The position numbers were made by a program, and so were the translations under genes. Source: Candidatus Poribacteria bacterium (GTDB lineage Bacteria > Poribacteria > WGA-4E > WGA-3G). From it: a stretch of 64,000 bases of DNA. The stretch is from assembly GCA_022824265.1 (NCBI GenBank), contig JAJEAG010000090.1:15573-79572 (forward strand), given 5' to 3'. Below the pieces are notes generated by a model that saw only the letters and a program-made list of their open reading frames with translations, made no database searches and was not told the origin of the DNA. This document shows, one piece after another, positions 8,102-18,686 of the stretch (positions are counted from its first letter, which is position 1; every line of letters starts with the position of its first letter).

Positions 8102-9820
8102 TTACTTGTCTATTGAGTTTTTGGTAGACGGTACTGCTGGTTCTACATACAATGTCTTTTCGCGTGTGTAATGCACATATCCAGCAACGTTGCCTTTTCG
8201 TTTTACAACATATTTTGCCCATGTATAGTCTACTGGAACAAAACTTGAGTGATGTGCCTTACTGAAATATGCTGCCAGTTGGGCTGCTTGCAATAATGTA
8301 GGCATTGGGATGTCTGGTTTATTTTCAGGATTACGTATGATGACATGTGATCCATGTATTTGCTTTGCATGGAGCCACATATCGCGTGGTTTGGCTATCT
8401 GACGTAACAGCAGATCGTTAGATTCACTATTCCGACCTACATACATGTGAAATCCGTTTTTTGAGATATATTTACGGAAAGGACCCTCATTTATATCTTG
8501 TTGTTTCTTGTTCTTATGTTGCGTTTTCAGATACCCATTTTCAACAAACTCTGTACTAAGTTTTTGAAGGGACTCAAGTGTATCAGAAGATTCTAACTTA
8601 ATTTCATATCTACTGAGGATTTTCTGTTCTGCTTCAAGAGCAGCAATAAGTTGTTGTATCTGAGAGAAACCCCGTTTTGCTTTAGTGTACTTCTTGAAAT
8701 ACGATTGCGCATTGTCAGAAGGAGTTAATTCAGGATTAAGCGAGATTGTCAAGGTATCAAGTTCTGGACTATAATAGTTTTGAAGTTCAACCTGTTTTTG
8801 TCCACGAGTAATGTTATGGAGGTTTGCAAGTAATAGTTCACCATTGATACGGTAATCTTCAGCTTTTTCAGCACTTTCTAAATCCTTTTGTAGTTCTCTC
8901 TCTTTTCGCGTAAGTAACTTTTTCTGTTTTGCCAATGCCTGTTTGAGTTTGTGTTTTTCTGATGCTACGTTTTCTTTCAGTGTAATAGCATCGTAAAATT
9001 CTGTTAACGCTTCACTCATAGTATCATAAGAGTTAGAGACAGAATCAGGAAATTGTTCTAATGGCATAGGTGATGCGGTTAACGGTTCATTTCCATCCAT
9101 AAGTACTTGCGGTGCAGGGTTATCCTTGTCAAAATAAGCGATTACTTGTTGATACGCTTCCCAAAGTTCTGATTTATCTTTACGGGCAATTATTTCCTTA
9201 GCAATCATTGGACTCAGCCCATCTATTCTACTAAATAGTGATTTCCACGTCATTTCTGGTGACGAGAATAGTTCAGTAAAGGTTGTCTGGTCCAAAGTTA
9301 ATGGATCAATCTTGTCCTGTTGTGGTGGTAAATCATAAGTTTCACCAGGTAGGACTTCACGATATCGACTCATTGTATCATCAATATGTTTCCAGCATTC
9401 TAAGATTCTGTTATCAGTATCGTCAATCAGAATGATATTACTGTGTCTTCCCATAAATTCAGCAATTACGGCTTTACACGAAGGTTTAACTGGTTCATCG
9501 GATACCGGTTGAATAGTAACTTTTAGTATACGATCCCAACCGATCTGTTCTATGTCAATGATTTTACCATGTTTCAGGTGGGTTGCAAGAAAATCAGCAA
9601 AATAGGATTGCTTTTGTCCGGGATGTGGTTTTTGTGTAAGGTGTGCTCGAGCATGAACCGAATGCGCGGATATCGTAAGCCAATGTGGCTGTGTGCCTTG
9701 ATCAATCTTGAAGTTAAAAGTGCTTGGATTTGCTTGTTCAATATGACGAATTGTACCGCCAATAAGTAAATGGGACATCTCGTCCGTAACATGATGAAGT
9801 GTTAAACTATCAAAAGACAT
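8102..9820 (-). CDS. rqcH: Ribosome quality-control protein RqcH (Rqc2/FbpA, NFACT family)
   Basis: MSFDSL start, WDRIL, EFMGRHSNIIL, NAQSYFKKYTKAKR, VGRNSESND and DMWLHAKQIHGSHVII. Confidence 0.9.
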   Translation of the reverse strand: MSFDSLTLHHVTDEMSHLLIGGTIRHIEQANPSTFNFKIDQGTQPHWLTISAHSVHARAHLTQKPHPGQKQSYFADFLATHLKHGKIIDIEQIGWDRILKVTIQPVSDEPVKPSCKAVIAEFMGRHSNIILIDDTDNRILECWKHIDDTMSRYREVLPGETYDLPPQQDKIDPLTLDQTTFTELFSSPEMTWKSLFSRIDGLSPMIAKEIIARKDKSELWEAYQQVIAYFDKDNPAPQVLMDGNEPLTASPMPLEQFPDSVSNSYDTMSEALTEFYDAITLKENVASEKHKLKQALAKQKKLLTRKERELQKDLESAEKAEDYRINGELLLANLHNITRGQKQVELQNYYSPELDTLTISLNPELTPSDNAQSYFKKYTKAKRGFSQIQQLIAALEAEQKILSRYEIKLESSDTLESLQKLSTEFVENGYLKTQHKNKKQQDINEGPFRKYISKNGFHMYVGRNSESNDLLLRQIAKPRDMWLHAKQIHGSHVIIRNPENKPDIPMPTLLQAAQLAAYFSKAHHSSFVPVDYTWAKYVVKRKGNVAGYVHYTREKTLYVEPAVPSTKNSIDK

Positions 9821-9888
9821 GGGTTACCCAAATAGGTAGTTTCAATTTCAATTGAAGTACCACTAAACATACAGCCATCAGTTTGTCA

Positions 9889-10839
9889 TTAATGATATTG
9901 TTTCAAGTTACTCGTAATGCTGCGTAGTTGTTTTTGAATATCAGGAGGGACACGTGGATTGAATGGACCCCCTGTGCCCGCTTCAATATCCTCAAAATCG
10001 CTCAAAATCATCGCTTCCACGACAGCAGAATAGTTGTATACTCTTCCATTCCAAAAACGTATTTCTTCAAGTGGGGTTATATCAGCTTCAATTCTGGCAG
10101 AAGTTTCATAATCTCCACGCCGTTGTGCGTTATTAATTTCATCAGAAGCACGAGCAAAAGCAACTGCAATACCAGATGTATGTCCCTTTGTACCGAGTTG
10201 TGCAGGACGTGTGCATCTGTCACCAATTCCCCACATCACTATACCAGAATCCCCAATACCTTCAATGAGTGGACTGACATCATCTTCATCTGTTCCGATT
10301 TTCACGCCAATGAAATGTGGTGAATCTTTCAACAATCGGATAACTGCATCTAAGTCTCGCTTTTGCCTAAAATAGTAGAGAAATCTTGCATTACAAGAAC
10401 TACCGTAATGTTCTGCGAATTTCATAAAATGTTCGTAGATACCTTCCGGACTACTAATACCAGTCAATGGCATCAACAGATATGCATCAGGTGGTCTATT
10501 AAGTTCAGATTGTGCTTCAATAAGTTGTCCGGCTTGGTTGATAGGATTAGGCACGATTCCTGATATTAAGATACCGTCGGAGCCCATCTGTTGTCCTGTT
10601 TTATCTATCAATCGTAGTTGCTGTGTTTCAGATATATGGTGAATTAAACTTGTTCCTGCAATTGCAATAACCCTTTTGCGTCCCTCATCAAGGTAATTGT
10701 TTTTCATCAAATAGTCTATGTTCTTTGCATGTCCAACATAATCAATCTTGTTTTCTTTAAATGGTATCACAGGAATTGCAGTTACAGAATTGAGAGCATC
10801 TATGAGTTGTGGTAATTCAAATAGCATAGGTAACTCCAA
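9889..10839 (-). CDS. Dihydrodipicolinate synthase family aldolase/dehydratase (likely start ATG 10827)
   Basis: AIPVIPF, LYY and IGVKIG (candidate Schiff-base Lys); GGAG RBS before ATG 10827. Confidence 0.75.
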   Translation of the reverse strand: MELPMLFELPQLIDALNSVTAIPVIPFKENKIDYVGHAKNIDYLMKNNYLDEGRKRVIAIAGTSLIHHISETQQLRLIDKTGQQMGSDGILISGIVPNPINQAGQLIEAQSELNRPPDAYLLMPLTGISSPEGIYEHFMKFAEHYGSSCNARFLYYFRQKRDLDAVIRLLKDSPHFIGVKIGTDEDDVSPLIEGIGDSGIVMWGIGDRCTRPAQLGTKGHTSGIAVAFARASDEINNAQRRGDYETSARIEADITPLEEIRFWNGRVYNYSAVVEAMILSDFEDIEAGTGGPFNPRVPPDIQKQLRSITSNLKQYH

Positions 10840-10840
10840 A

Positions 10841-11638
10841 TTAAAAATGTTTTCTTAGAACCAACGCACTTTTTACCGATCCAGATGTGACATCTGTCTG
10901 CACATCTATCTCAAAACCATTTAACGTTTTTTGTCTTTGATTCCAACGTTTGGTAGTAATACGTGCTTCTACTGCACTAATGATATGGTTTAATATGACC
11001 AAACCTAACATTGTGCGTGCTGTTTGAAATGTGTCGTTAGCCTTTTGACGCAGATCGAACGCTTCCAAACGATATTTTGAATCAAACTCAATTTCGGTGT
11101 CTTTTTCATCTTTCAATGATGGGTCAAGATCTTTCCAATACCACTTACCTGTACGGTTTCGTGTTGCTTCAGAATCATAGACGTGGTTCCAATTTTCATA
11201 TTGTGTAGCGTGTTCAAAATCTTCTACGAGATCCCATTTATCAAAAGAAGCAGGTCCTATAAAGATAATGTTTTGTCTGACCACCTCGCGGTAATCATCA
11301 CGTGTATTTACTGCATTATTTCGTAGGATAAAATAAGTGACAAATAAACCTATCTCTGCTGCAGTATATAGGTATCCATGCTTCGCACCTGTATACAGTT
11401 GTCCCATACCTGGAATTGCCAGTGAATAAAGAAATGCTTCATTAGGTGATTTGCGATTGATGAGTCTAATTTCTGGATTGGTAGAAACAGCAGTTTGTTT
11501 AGCGACTTCTCGGATACCAAGGTTGGATTCTAAATAGAAATTTGTCAGCATAGTTGTGTGTGAGTCACTGGAAGCTAAGCAAATATGGGATGTTATGCTG
11601 AGAATGATTAGTATTATGATTATTGGGGTTCGTTTCAC
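10841..11638 (-). CDS. Exported hypothetical protein (DUF5683-like) with C-terminal Phe
   Basis: Signal peptide; KSP.EAFLYSLAIPGMGQLYTG motif; ends ALVLRKHF. It lies directly downstream of the PorV-like gene. Confidence 0.7.
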   Translation of the reverse strand: MKRTPIIIILIILSITSHICLASSDSHTTMLTNFYLESNLGIREVAKQTAVSTNPEIRLINRKSPNEAFLYSLAIPGMGQLYTGAKHGYLYTAAEIGLFVTYFILRNNAVNTRDDYREVVRQNIIFIGPASFDKWDLVEDFEHATQYENWNHVYDSEATRNRTGKWYWKDLDPSLKDEKDTEIEFDSKYRLEAFDLRQKANDTFQTARTMLGLVILNHIISAVEARITTKRWNQRQKTLNGFEIDVQTDVTSGSVKSALVLRKHF

Positions 11639-11665
11639 TTGTTAACTAATTCCTAATTTGAAAAA

Positions 11666-12784
11666 CTAAAATACGATTATACCTGTCATCTCAATTAGTC
11701 TCTCTTGTAATGGTCCAAATCGTGGACCGTATGTCAAATCTAAATTAAATAAATATATTTTTACGCCAATTCCGTAGGTAATGTAATCAGCGAAGTCAGG
11801 TAAATTAATTCCGGGTTCAGATTTGTATCCAACCCTTAATGCCAGTGTATTACCAAGCCAGTATTCCAAACCGAGATTTTTTTGTAAATGTCGCCATTCA
11901 AATGCTCGGTAGCCAACGCCTCTTTCAGATAAAAGCTGCTCTCTTGTAAGCATGTCTGCTTCCGATCTTTCAGCATTAAGCCTTTCCAAATCAACATCTA
12001 ATTCTGTTTCATCTTCTCTCAATTTATCAATATATGCTGAAATCCCAGTTACAAACCGAAGGTGGTTATATCTATCCTGATACAGGCTCATTGAAGTCCC
12101 AATCCTAAGCATACGTGGTAATGGGTCTGCTTGGTTTTCATCAATAAATGAGATACCCGGACCGACGTTCTGTATCGCTAAACCGATAGTAGTCGGTATC
12201 GGTCTAAATGGAAGTAAATACTGAATTCCCATATCAACCGCATAAGAAGATCCGCTCTCCCTACCTAATACCATACGTATCATCTTTGCATTGATACCTG
12301 CTGCTAATGAACTTGTGAGAGTATCTGCATAAGATAAAGTTAACGCCATATTCGTCCCAAGACTTTCTTCACGAAGTACATCAGGAGAATCACTGGTAAC
12401 GGCAATTGTTCCCTGCCCGTTCAGTTGCAGAGTTGCACCAACAGTGCCTATCTCTCCGAGTGGTAATGCTCCAGAAATGAAGGTATAATATAATCCTTCT
12501 CCTGCTTCTCCAAATGGACCACTGTAATCCGTGTAAAACATAGATGCTTGAGCACCCATTTTACCGGATCGTATTCTGCTTTCTGGCATCTGTGCTAAAC
12601 CACTTGGATTCCAAAGAGATGCAGTTACATCTCCAGACATAGCAGAAAATGCATCTCCTAATGCTCTGGCTCGAGCACCACCACCTAAACTTAATATTTG
12701 TGCGCCTGTCCTACCCGGACCCGCCAACACTGTTGATGGTATAATGAAAACTATCAATAATAATGTAGTGACATATCTAAACAT
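11666..12784 (-). CDS. PorV/PorQ-family (UPF0164) outer-membrane beta-barrel protein
   Basis: Signal peptide; GAQILSLGGGARARALGDAFSA, SLWNPSGLA, AVDMG, GLAIQNVGP, DPLP and LALRVGY; C-terminal Phe. Confidence 0.85.
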   Translation of the reverse strand: MFRYVTTLLLIVFIIPSTVLAGPGRTGAQILSLGGGARARALGDAFSAMSGDVTASLWNPSGLAQMPESRIRSGKMGAQASMFYTDYSGPFGEAGEGLYYTFISGALPLGEIGTVGATLQLNGQGTIAVTSDSPDVLREESLGTNMALTLSYADTLTSSLAAGINAKMIRMVLGRESGSSYAVDMGIQYLLPFRPIPTTIGLAIQNVGPGISFIDENQADPLPRMLRIGTSMSLYQDRYNHLRFVTGISAYIDKLREDETELDVDLERLNAERSEADMLTREQLLSERGVGYRAFEWRHLQKNLGLEYWLGNTLALRVGYKSEPGINLPDFADYITYGIGVKIYLFNLDLTYGPRFGPLQERLIEMTGIIVF

Positions 12785-13052
12785 AAAAAAAGCACGACTA
12801 TCTTCGTAGATATTAAGGTAATGTCTACAAGAATAGTACCTCCGTATATCGTTGATTTAATGGAATTATAAATGTATTAGAATATATCTATAAACGTCTA
12901 TCATACTATTTCGGTTTACATTTATTGAAGTTACTATAGATATGATGCAACTAATGCATAAGACAATTATATTACATTTATATAGAGAATATCAACCAGA
13001 TATATAGCCAAGATATATTACGAGTCATCACGTCAAACAGTTTTTCTTTTAG

Positions 13053-13081
13053 TTGACACTTACAGGTAGATATGTTAATAT
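13053..13081 (+). promoter_or_regulatory. Sigma70-type promoter for the lnt-prfB operon
   Basis: TTGACA-N17-TAATAT with an extended TG. It overlaps the track start at 13072, so lnt probably starts downstream (GTG 13105 or TTG 13117). Confidence 0.5.
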
Positions 13082-14721
13082 GTTTCAATAATCATTACCT
13101 ACCTGTGGAAAACATTTTGAATACAATTAAACGACACCGTTATCTGTTTGCTTTAAGTTCAGGCGTAATCTTATTTTGTAGTTTTCCCAGTGTTAATTTC
13201 TTCCCTCTTGCATGGTTTGGATTAGTTCCGTTGTTACTAACACTGCAATCCGTTGATCGTTGGAAAACTGCATTCAGCCTTGGATATGTAGCAGGATTCC
13301 TGTTTTTCGCGGGTTTATTGTTAGCAATAGCATTATTATATCCTTATGCGAATATTTTTACAACAGTTTTGGGATATTTGCTGTTAGTAGGATATACAGC
13401 ACTCTACTTTGCAGTAGCAGCAGTATTAGTATATCATTTGCCGTGGCAGTCAGGGATACTATATCCTTTGGGAGTAGCAACTATATGGGTGGGTTTAGAA
13501 TGGGTGCGTAGTTGGCTACTCACAGGATTCCCATGGGGTAACATCGGTTATTCTCAATGGAATTACCAACCCAGTATTCAAATAGCATCCTTTGCTGGCG
13601 TATATGGCGTAAGTTTTGTTATCGTCTTTTTCAATGCGGGGATTGCAGCCTTTATTCGCAGCAGACATGAATGGAGAAAGGAATTTGTTACTGTTCTTGT
13701 TCCTTGTCTACTGGCAGGGATAACTCTCATTTACGGATATGTCATTATCAATAATGATAAAGACAACCAGACAGAAACTATCAAAGTTGCCCTTGTACCA
13801 GGAAATATACCCCAAATTGAAAAATGGAAATCAGAAAATGTCGGAAAGATTGTAAAGAAATACCTCAATTTGACACAAAAAAGTGCAGTTGAAAACCCAG
13901 ATGTAATTGTCCTGCCTGAGACGACATTTAGAGGAGGAATGTTATCTGGTGAATGGGCAGTACAAGTGTCATTTCGCCAATGGACGAAATTTCATAACGT
14001 GTACAAACAGATGTTTGGAGAAAATGGCGGCATACCTATGCTTATCGGAGCAACGGACGTTGATACATTTGAAGATTTATACAATCGAGTTATTTCTGTA
14101 TCTTCCGAAGGAGAATTACTTGGGAAATACGCAAAAATGCGTCTGGTTCCGTTTGGTGAATATGTGCCTTTAGCAGACTTTCTTCCAAATTTTGTTCAAT
14201 TTCATCCTTTTGAAAATGGAAAGGAAATTAAATTATTACCAATAACAATTAATGAAAAAAACCAATCTCGCAGCCAGACCATAGAAGTAGGCACTTCAAT
14301 ATGCTTTGAGTCGTCTTTTCCAAACCATTTTCGTAGGTTTGTGAAAAATGGTGCTAATGTAATGGCAATACTTACCAACGATGCTTGGTTTGTTGGTACA
14401 GCCTTACCGGAACTTCATTTAGCAATGGCACCATTTCGTGCTGTTGAAAACCGAGTTGCAGTTTTTCGATGTGCAAATGGAGGATATACATGTGCTGTTG
14501 ATAAATTTGGACGTATCAGTACACCCTTTGTAACGCCACATACATCTGATGAGTTCTTAATTGCAAATGTGGCACTGTCAGATGGAGATCATACATTATA
14601 TACTCGTTATGGAGATTGGTTGCCAATTCTATGTGGTATACTTTGTTTAGCATTGATAATATATAAAATTTTAATACATTACTCAGTTATCAAGTCTGAT
14701 GACAGACAAATTGAAAGGTGA
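13072..14721 (+). CDS. lnt: Apolipoprotein N-acyltransferase
   Basis: EWVRSWLLTGFPWGNIGYSQ, LPET, YAKMRLVPFGEYVP, ICFES and TNDAWF (nitrilase E-K-C triad). Confidence 0.95.
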   Translation: MLICFNNHYLPVENILNTIKRHRYLFALSSGVILFCSFPSVNFFPLAWFGLVPLLLTLQSVDRWKTAFSLGYVAGFLFFAGLLLAIALLYPYANIFTTVLGYLLLVGYTALYFAVAAVLVYHLPWQSGILYPLGVATIWVGLEWVRSWLLTGFPWGNIGYSQWNYQPSIQIASFAGVYGVSFVIVFFNAGIAAFIRSRHEWRKEFVTVLVPCLLAGITLIYGYVIINNDKDNQTETIKVALVPGNIPQIEKWKSENVGKIVKKYLNLTQKSAVENPDVIVLPETTFRGGMLSGEWAVQVSFRQWTKFHNVYKQMFGENGGIPMLIGATDVDTFEDLYNRVISVSSEGELLGKYAKMRLVPFGEYVPLADFLPNFVQFHPFENGKEIKLLPITINEKNQSRSQTIEVGTSICFESSFPNHFRRFVKNGANVMAILTNDAWFVGTALPELHLAMAPFRAVENRVAVFRCANGGYTCAVDKFGRISTPFVTPHTSDEFLIANVALSDGDHTLYTRYGDWLPILCGILCLALIIYKILIHYSVIKSDDRQIER

Positions 14722-14724
14722 TAA

Positions 14725-15823
14725 ATGTTAACAGATATAAAAACAGATGTTGATTCAGTAATAACGCGACTAAATGAACTTAGGGGGTTTCTTTGACCTT
14801 GCTTCAAAACAGAAAGAATTAGAGGATCTGGAAAAAGAAGCGATGGCAACCGATTTTTGGGGGAATATACAGCGCGTACAGACTGTAAATCAACGTATTG
14901 CAGCCCTAAAAGATGAAATCGGTGAATATGAAAAGTTGAGGAGTTCGGTTGATGATATACAGACTCTCTTGGAACTTGCTATAGAGGAAGATGATACGAG
15001 TTTAGAATCGGAGATTCAGAATGGATTATCAACCATCGGTACACAGTTTGAGAAAATTGAACTCCGATTAATGTTGGATGGAGAGTTCGATGAGAACAAT
15101 GCAATCCTAAACATTCATCCTGGTGCAGGAGGTGTTGACGCACAAGATTGGGCAGGAATGCTAATGCGTATGTATCTCCGTTGGTGCGATCAACATAACT
15201 ATACAACTGAAATCGTTGACCTAACATCTGGTGATGAAGCTGGTATAAAAGGTGCAACTATTTTAGTGAAAGGTGTTTACGCTTATGGTTACCTAAAGGC
15301 AGAATCAGGTGTGCACCGTCTTGTCCGTCTGTCACCGTATGACTTTAACAATCGTCGACATACCTCTTTTGCTGCGGTGCACCTTACGCCTGAGATTGAT
15401 GACAACATAGAGGTGGAAATAAACACAGAAGACCTACGCATAGATACCTACCGAGCAAGTGGTGCTGGTGGACAACATGTCAACGTAACCGATTCCGCTG
15501 TTAGAATAACTCACATACCTACCAATATTATGGTACAGTGTCAGAATGAACGATCTCAACACAGAAACCGAGAAATTGCCATGAAAGTACTCCGTTCTCG
15601 ACTGTTCAACCATTTTCAAGCACAACGTGACGAAGAAATTGCGAAACTACAACCAGAAAGACGGAATATTGACTTCGGAAGTCAAATTCGATCTTATGTC
15701 CTTCATCCATATCAACGTGTTAAAGATACCCGAACAAATATAGAGACCGGTAATGTTGATGCTGTCCTAAACGGTGAAATTGATATGTTTATTGAGAGTT
15801 ATCTGAAAATCAAACCCACCTAA
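14725..15823 (+). CDS. prfB: Peptide chain release factor 2, translated through a programmed +1 frameshift
   Basis: ORF1 from ATG 14725 reads MLTDIKTDVDSVITRLNELRGFL then TGA; the +1 frame continues DLASKQK. GVHRLVRLSPY and GAGGQHVN (GGQ) are present. Confidence 0.97.
14782..14797 (+). promoter_or_regulatory. RF2 autoregulatory +1 frameshift site
   Basis: AGGGGG-TTT-CTT-TGA-C: an internal SD 3 nt before the CTT TGA C slippery site. Confidence 0.95.
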
Positions 15824-15854
15824 TAAGTGTTAGCCCACAGTATAGGAGTAACTC

Positions 15855-17246
15855 ATGAATATCTATAGAACTTTTCTGTATATATCAATCGTAATTTATT
15901 GTTTATGTGTAAATGCGATTCTATTTGCAGCGGTAGTTCAAGTGCCTTCAGATCAACCGACAATTCAATCAGGTATTGATGCTGTAAAAGACGGTGATAC
16001 GGTTATAGTTGCTGATGGAATCTATAGTGGTGAAGGTAATACTAACATAGATTTCAAGGGTAAACAAATTACCTTAAAATCACAGAATGGTCCAGAGACA
16101 ACTATAATCAACTGTCTATCCACACCAAATTCACGAGGATTTATTTTCCAAAATGAGGAATCTAATGATACTGTGTTAGAAGGCTTTACAATTAAGAATG
16201 GAAATAATAGTGATGGTGGTGGAATCTTATGTGATGTTTCGTCACCGACGATAAAGAATTGTATTATAACTGATAACAGCGGTGGAGGAATATTCTGTAT
16301 TGTTTCTGAGGCTAAAATAATTGACTGTCAGATTACAAACAACCGAGATGGCAATGGTATCCTGATTTTAGAACCGGATACGAGGAATGGTGAGGTAATA
16401 GAAAAACCTATTAGTGGACCGAGTCTAATCAATTGTGATATATCTGAAAATAAAGGACATGGAATTTATTGTTTGCTTCATGCATCCGCAACAATAATAA
16501 AAAGCACAGTCTCTCAAAACATTGGTCGAGGTATTTTTTGTAACTCTTTTTCAGGTGCAAAAATTACGAATTGTATAATCTCACAGAACTTGGACGGCGG
16601 TGTTGAATGCAGGGAATATTCAGGAATGACAATTACTGATTCGATTATCAAACAGAATACTGCGAAAAATGGTGGTGGTATCTCCATCAGTCCTACATCA
16701 AGACTGAATGCTATTGGCTGTGTTATCGCAGAAAATATAGCAACAGAATCTGGTGGTGGTATTGATTCTATTTCTACCTTTGGACATGTAAACATATCAT
16801 ATTGTACAATTACAAGAAACTCAGCGAATAATAGAGGTGGAGGGGTGCATGCTCTTCTTGAAGGTTCAACCTTCAAATGCACTAAATCTATTATTTGGGA
16901 CAATACATCAAATGGTACACACGCAGAATTTTTCGGATCTGGTCCAACAGTTCGTATTATTTCATGTGTTTTACGAGGCGGACTTGATAGTTTCGGAGAA
17001 CAATGGGCTAAGTCTATTGTTTATAAAGATAGTATTGATGAAGACCCACTGTTCGTAAATGCTGAGAATGGGAATTATACACTTAAACGTGCAAGTCCGG
17101 CAATAGAAATGGGAGCAACCGCATCCCGTGAAGAAGAGAATCAAGAAGCAAATGATCAAGGAGAAGAGAATTTTATTGAGGAATCTCTTAGTGTGTCCTC
17201 TGTAGGGAAACGAATAATTAAATGGGCAGACCTGAAGCGTAACTAA
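15855..17246 (+). CDS. Secreted right-handed parallel beta-helix repeat protein, paralog 1
   Basis: Signal peptide; VPSDQPTIQSGID, repeated GGGI and NCII units, DPLFV; tail LSVSSVGKRIIKWADLK. Confidence 0.85.
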   Translation: MNIYRTFLYISIVIYCLCVNAILFAAVVQVPSDQPTIQSGIDAVKDGDTVIVADGIYSGEGNTNIDFKGKQITLKSQNGPETTIINCLSTPNSRGFIFQNEESNDTVLEGFTIKNGNNSDGGGILCDVSSPTIKNCIITDNSGGGIFCIVSEAKIIDCQITNNRDGNGILILEPDTRNGEVIEKPISGPSLINCDISENKGHGIYCLLHASATIIKSTVSQNIGRGIFCNSFSGAKITNCIISQNLDGGVECREYSGMTITDSIIKQNTAKNGGGISISPTSRLNAIGCVIAENIATESGGGIDSISTFGHVNISYCTITRNSANNRGGGVHALLEGSTFKCTKSIIWDNTSNGTHAEFFGSGPTVRIISCVLRGGLDSFGEQWAKSIVYKDSIDEDPLFVNAENGNYTLKRASPAIEMGATASREEENQEANDQGEENFIEESLSVSSVGKRIIKWADLKRN

Positions 17247-17273
17247 ATAGTGGCGTAAGATTAGGAGGATTAC

Positions 17274-18659
17274 ATGAACATTAATAGATTTTGTGTCCAC
17301 ATCTTTATCTATATAATTTTGCTTTGTGTGAATATCTCAACCTATGCTGTAACAATCAATGTCCCTGTTGATCAACCAACGATTCAGGCGGGTATTGACG
17401 CTGCACAAAACGGTGATACAGTTTTAGTTGCTAATGGAATATACAAAGGTGAAGGAAATGTAAACATTGACTTTAAAGGCAAACAAATTACAGTTAAGTC
17501 AGAGAATGGTCCAGAAGCAACAATCATCAACTGTTTGTGGACCCCAAATACACGTGGTTTCACCTTCCAAAATGAAGAGACACATGCCTCAGTATTAGAT
17601 GGATTTACTATAAAAAATGGTAGAAATTTGAATGGTGGTGGGATTTACTGCAATCATGCCTCCCCAACAATTAAGAATTGTGTCATTGCTTGGAACAAAG
17701 CACTTAGGGACGAAAGTGGTACAGGACGTGGTGGTGGAATTTATTGTTTCAATTCTGAGGGAATAATAATTGATTCTACTATCTCACACAATATAGCGGA
17801 ATACACTTATGGCGGTGGTGTTTATTTTGATGGAAATAATGTGGAAACAGATGGATTTTTAAGAGAAACGTATTTTCAACCGCAACTAATCAATTGTATT
17901 ATTTCAGAGAATACTGGAAGTGGAGTCCATATACTGGACTACGTAAAAACAGAAATAATAGACACCAAGATATTGCATAACAGTTTACGCGGTATTGTTT
18001 GTTCATTTTTTGCAGGTAGTACATACATTACAAATTGTGAAATTGTCCAAAACACTGGGGGTGGTTTGGAAGTAGGTGAGTATTCCAGACTAAAGATCGA
18101 AAATTCATACATCAGACAAAATACCGCTGAATATGGTGGAGGTATTTTCTGTAGTCCATCAGGAATAATTGAAGTCTCTAACTGTATTATAGCTGAAAAC
18201 ATAGCCACGAGGGCGGGTGGTGGAATTGATGTCGGTGAGTCTAAGCATGGATACGCAGAAATTACTCATTGCACAATCACGCGGAATACCGCAGGCGAGA
18301 GTGGTGGAGGTATATATGTTTATACTCATACCTCTTTTAAGTTAATTAATTCAATTGTCTGGGGTAATAAATCGGATGACAGAAATCCGGAGGTATATAT
18401 TTCTGGTAGAGGTATCGTATTTAAATCAAACACTATTAGGGATGGACTCGATCGTATTGGTCAAGAACCTGATGGAAATTTGTTTGTTTATGAGGACAAC
18501 ATTGATAAGGATCCGCTTTTTAGAGATCCTGACAGAGGAGACTATAGACTTAGGGGAAATAGTCCAGCATTAGGTATGGGACCACAAACTTCGGTTGGAG
18601 GTGCTCTAAGTGTTGTACCTGTTGGGAAACGGTTGTTAAGATGGGCTGATTTAAAATAA
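17274..18659 (+). CDS. Secreted right-handed parallel beta-helix repeat protein, paralog 2
   Basis: Same architecture; AGGAGG RBS; tail LSVVPVGKRLLRWADLK. Confidence 0.85.
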   Translation: MNINRFCVHIFIYIILLCVNISTYAVTINVPVDQPTIQAGIDAAQNGDTVLVANGIYKGEGNVNIDFKGKQITVKSENGPEATIINCLWTPNTRGFTFQNEETHASVLDGFTIKNGRNLNGGGIYCNHASPTIKNCVIAWNKALRDESGTGRGGGIYCFNSEGIIIDSTISHNIAEYTYGGGVYFDGNNVETDGFLRETYFQPQLINCIISENTGSGVHILDYVKTEIIDTKILHNSLRGIVCSFFAGSTYITNCEIVQNTGGGLEVGEYSRLKIENSYIRQNTAEYGGGIFCSPSGIIEVSNCIIAENIATRAGGGIDVGESKHGYAEITHCTITRNTAGESGGGIYVYTHTSFKLINSIVWGNKSDDRNPEVYISGRGIVFKSNTIRDGLDRIGQEPDGNLFVYEDNIDKDPLFRDPDRGDYRLRGNSPALGMGPQTSVGGALSVVPVGKRLLRWADLK

Positions 18660-18686
18660 AAATAAACAATAAAATGTGAGAAATTC

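Noticed and set aside
14774-14796. Track start MNLGGFF for prfB, or a pseudogene interpretation
   Set aside because: Explained by the canonical programmed frameshift from ATG 14725.
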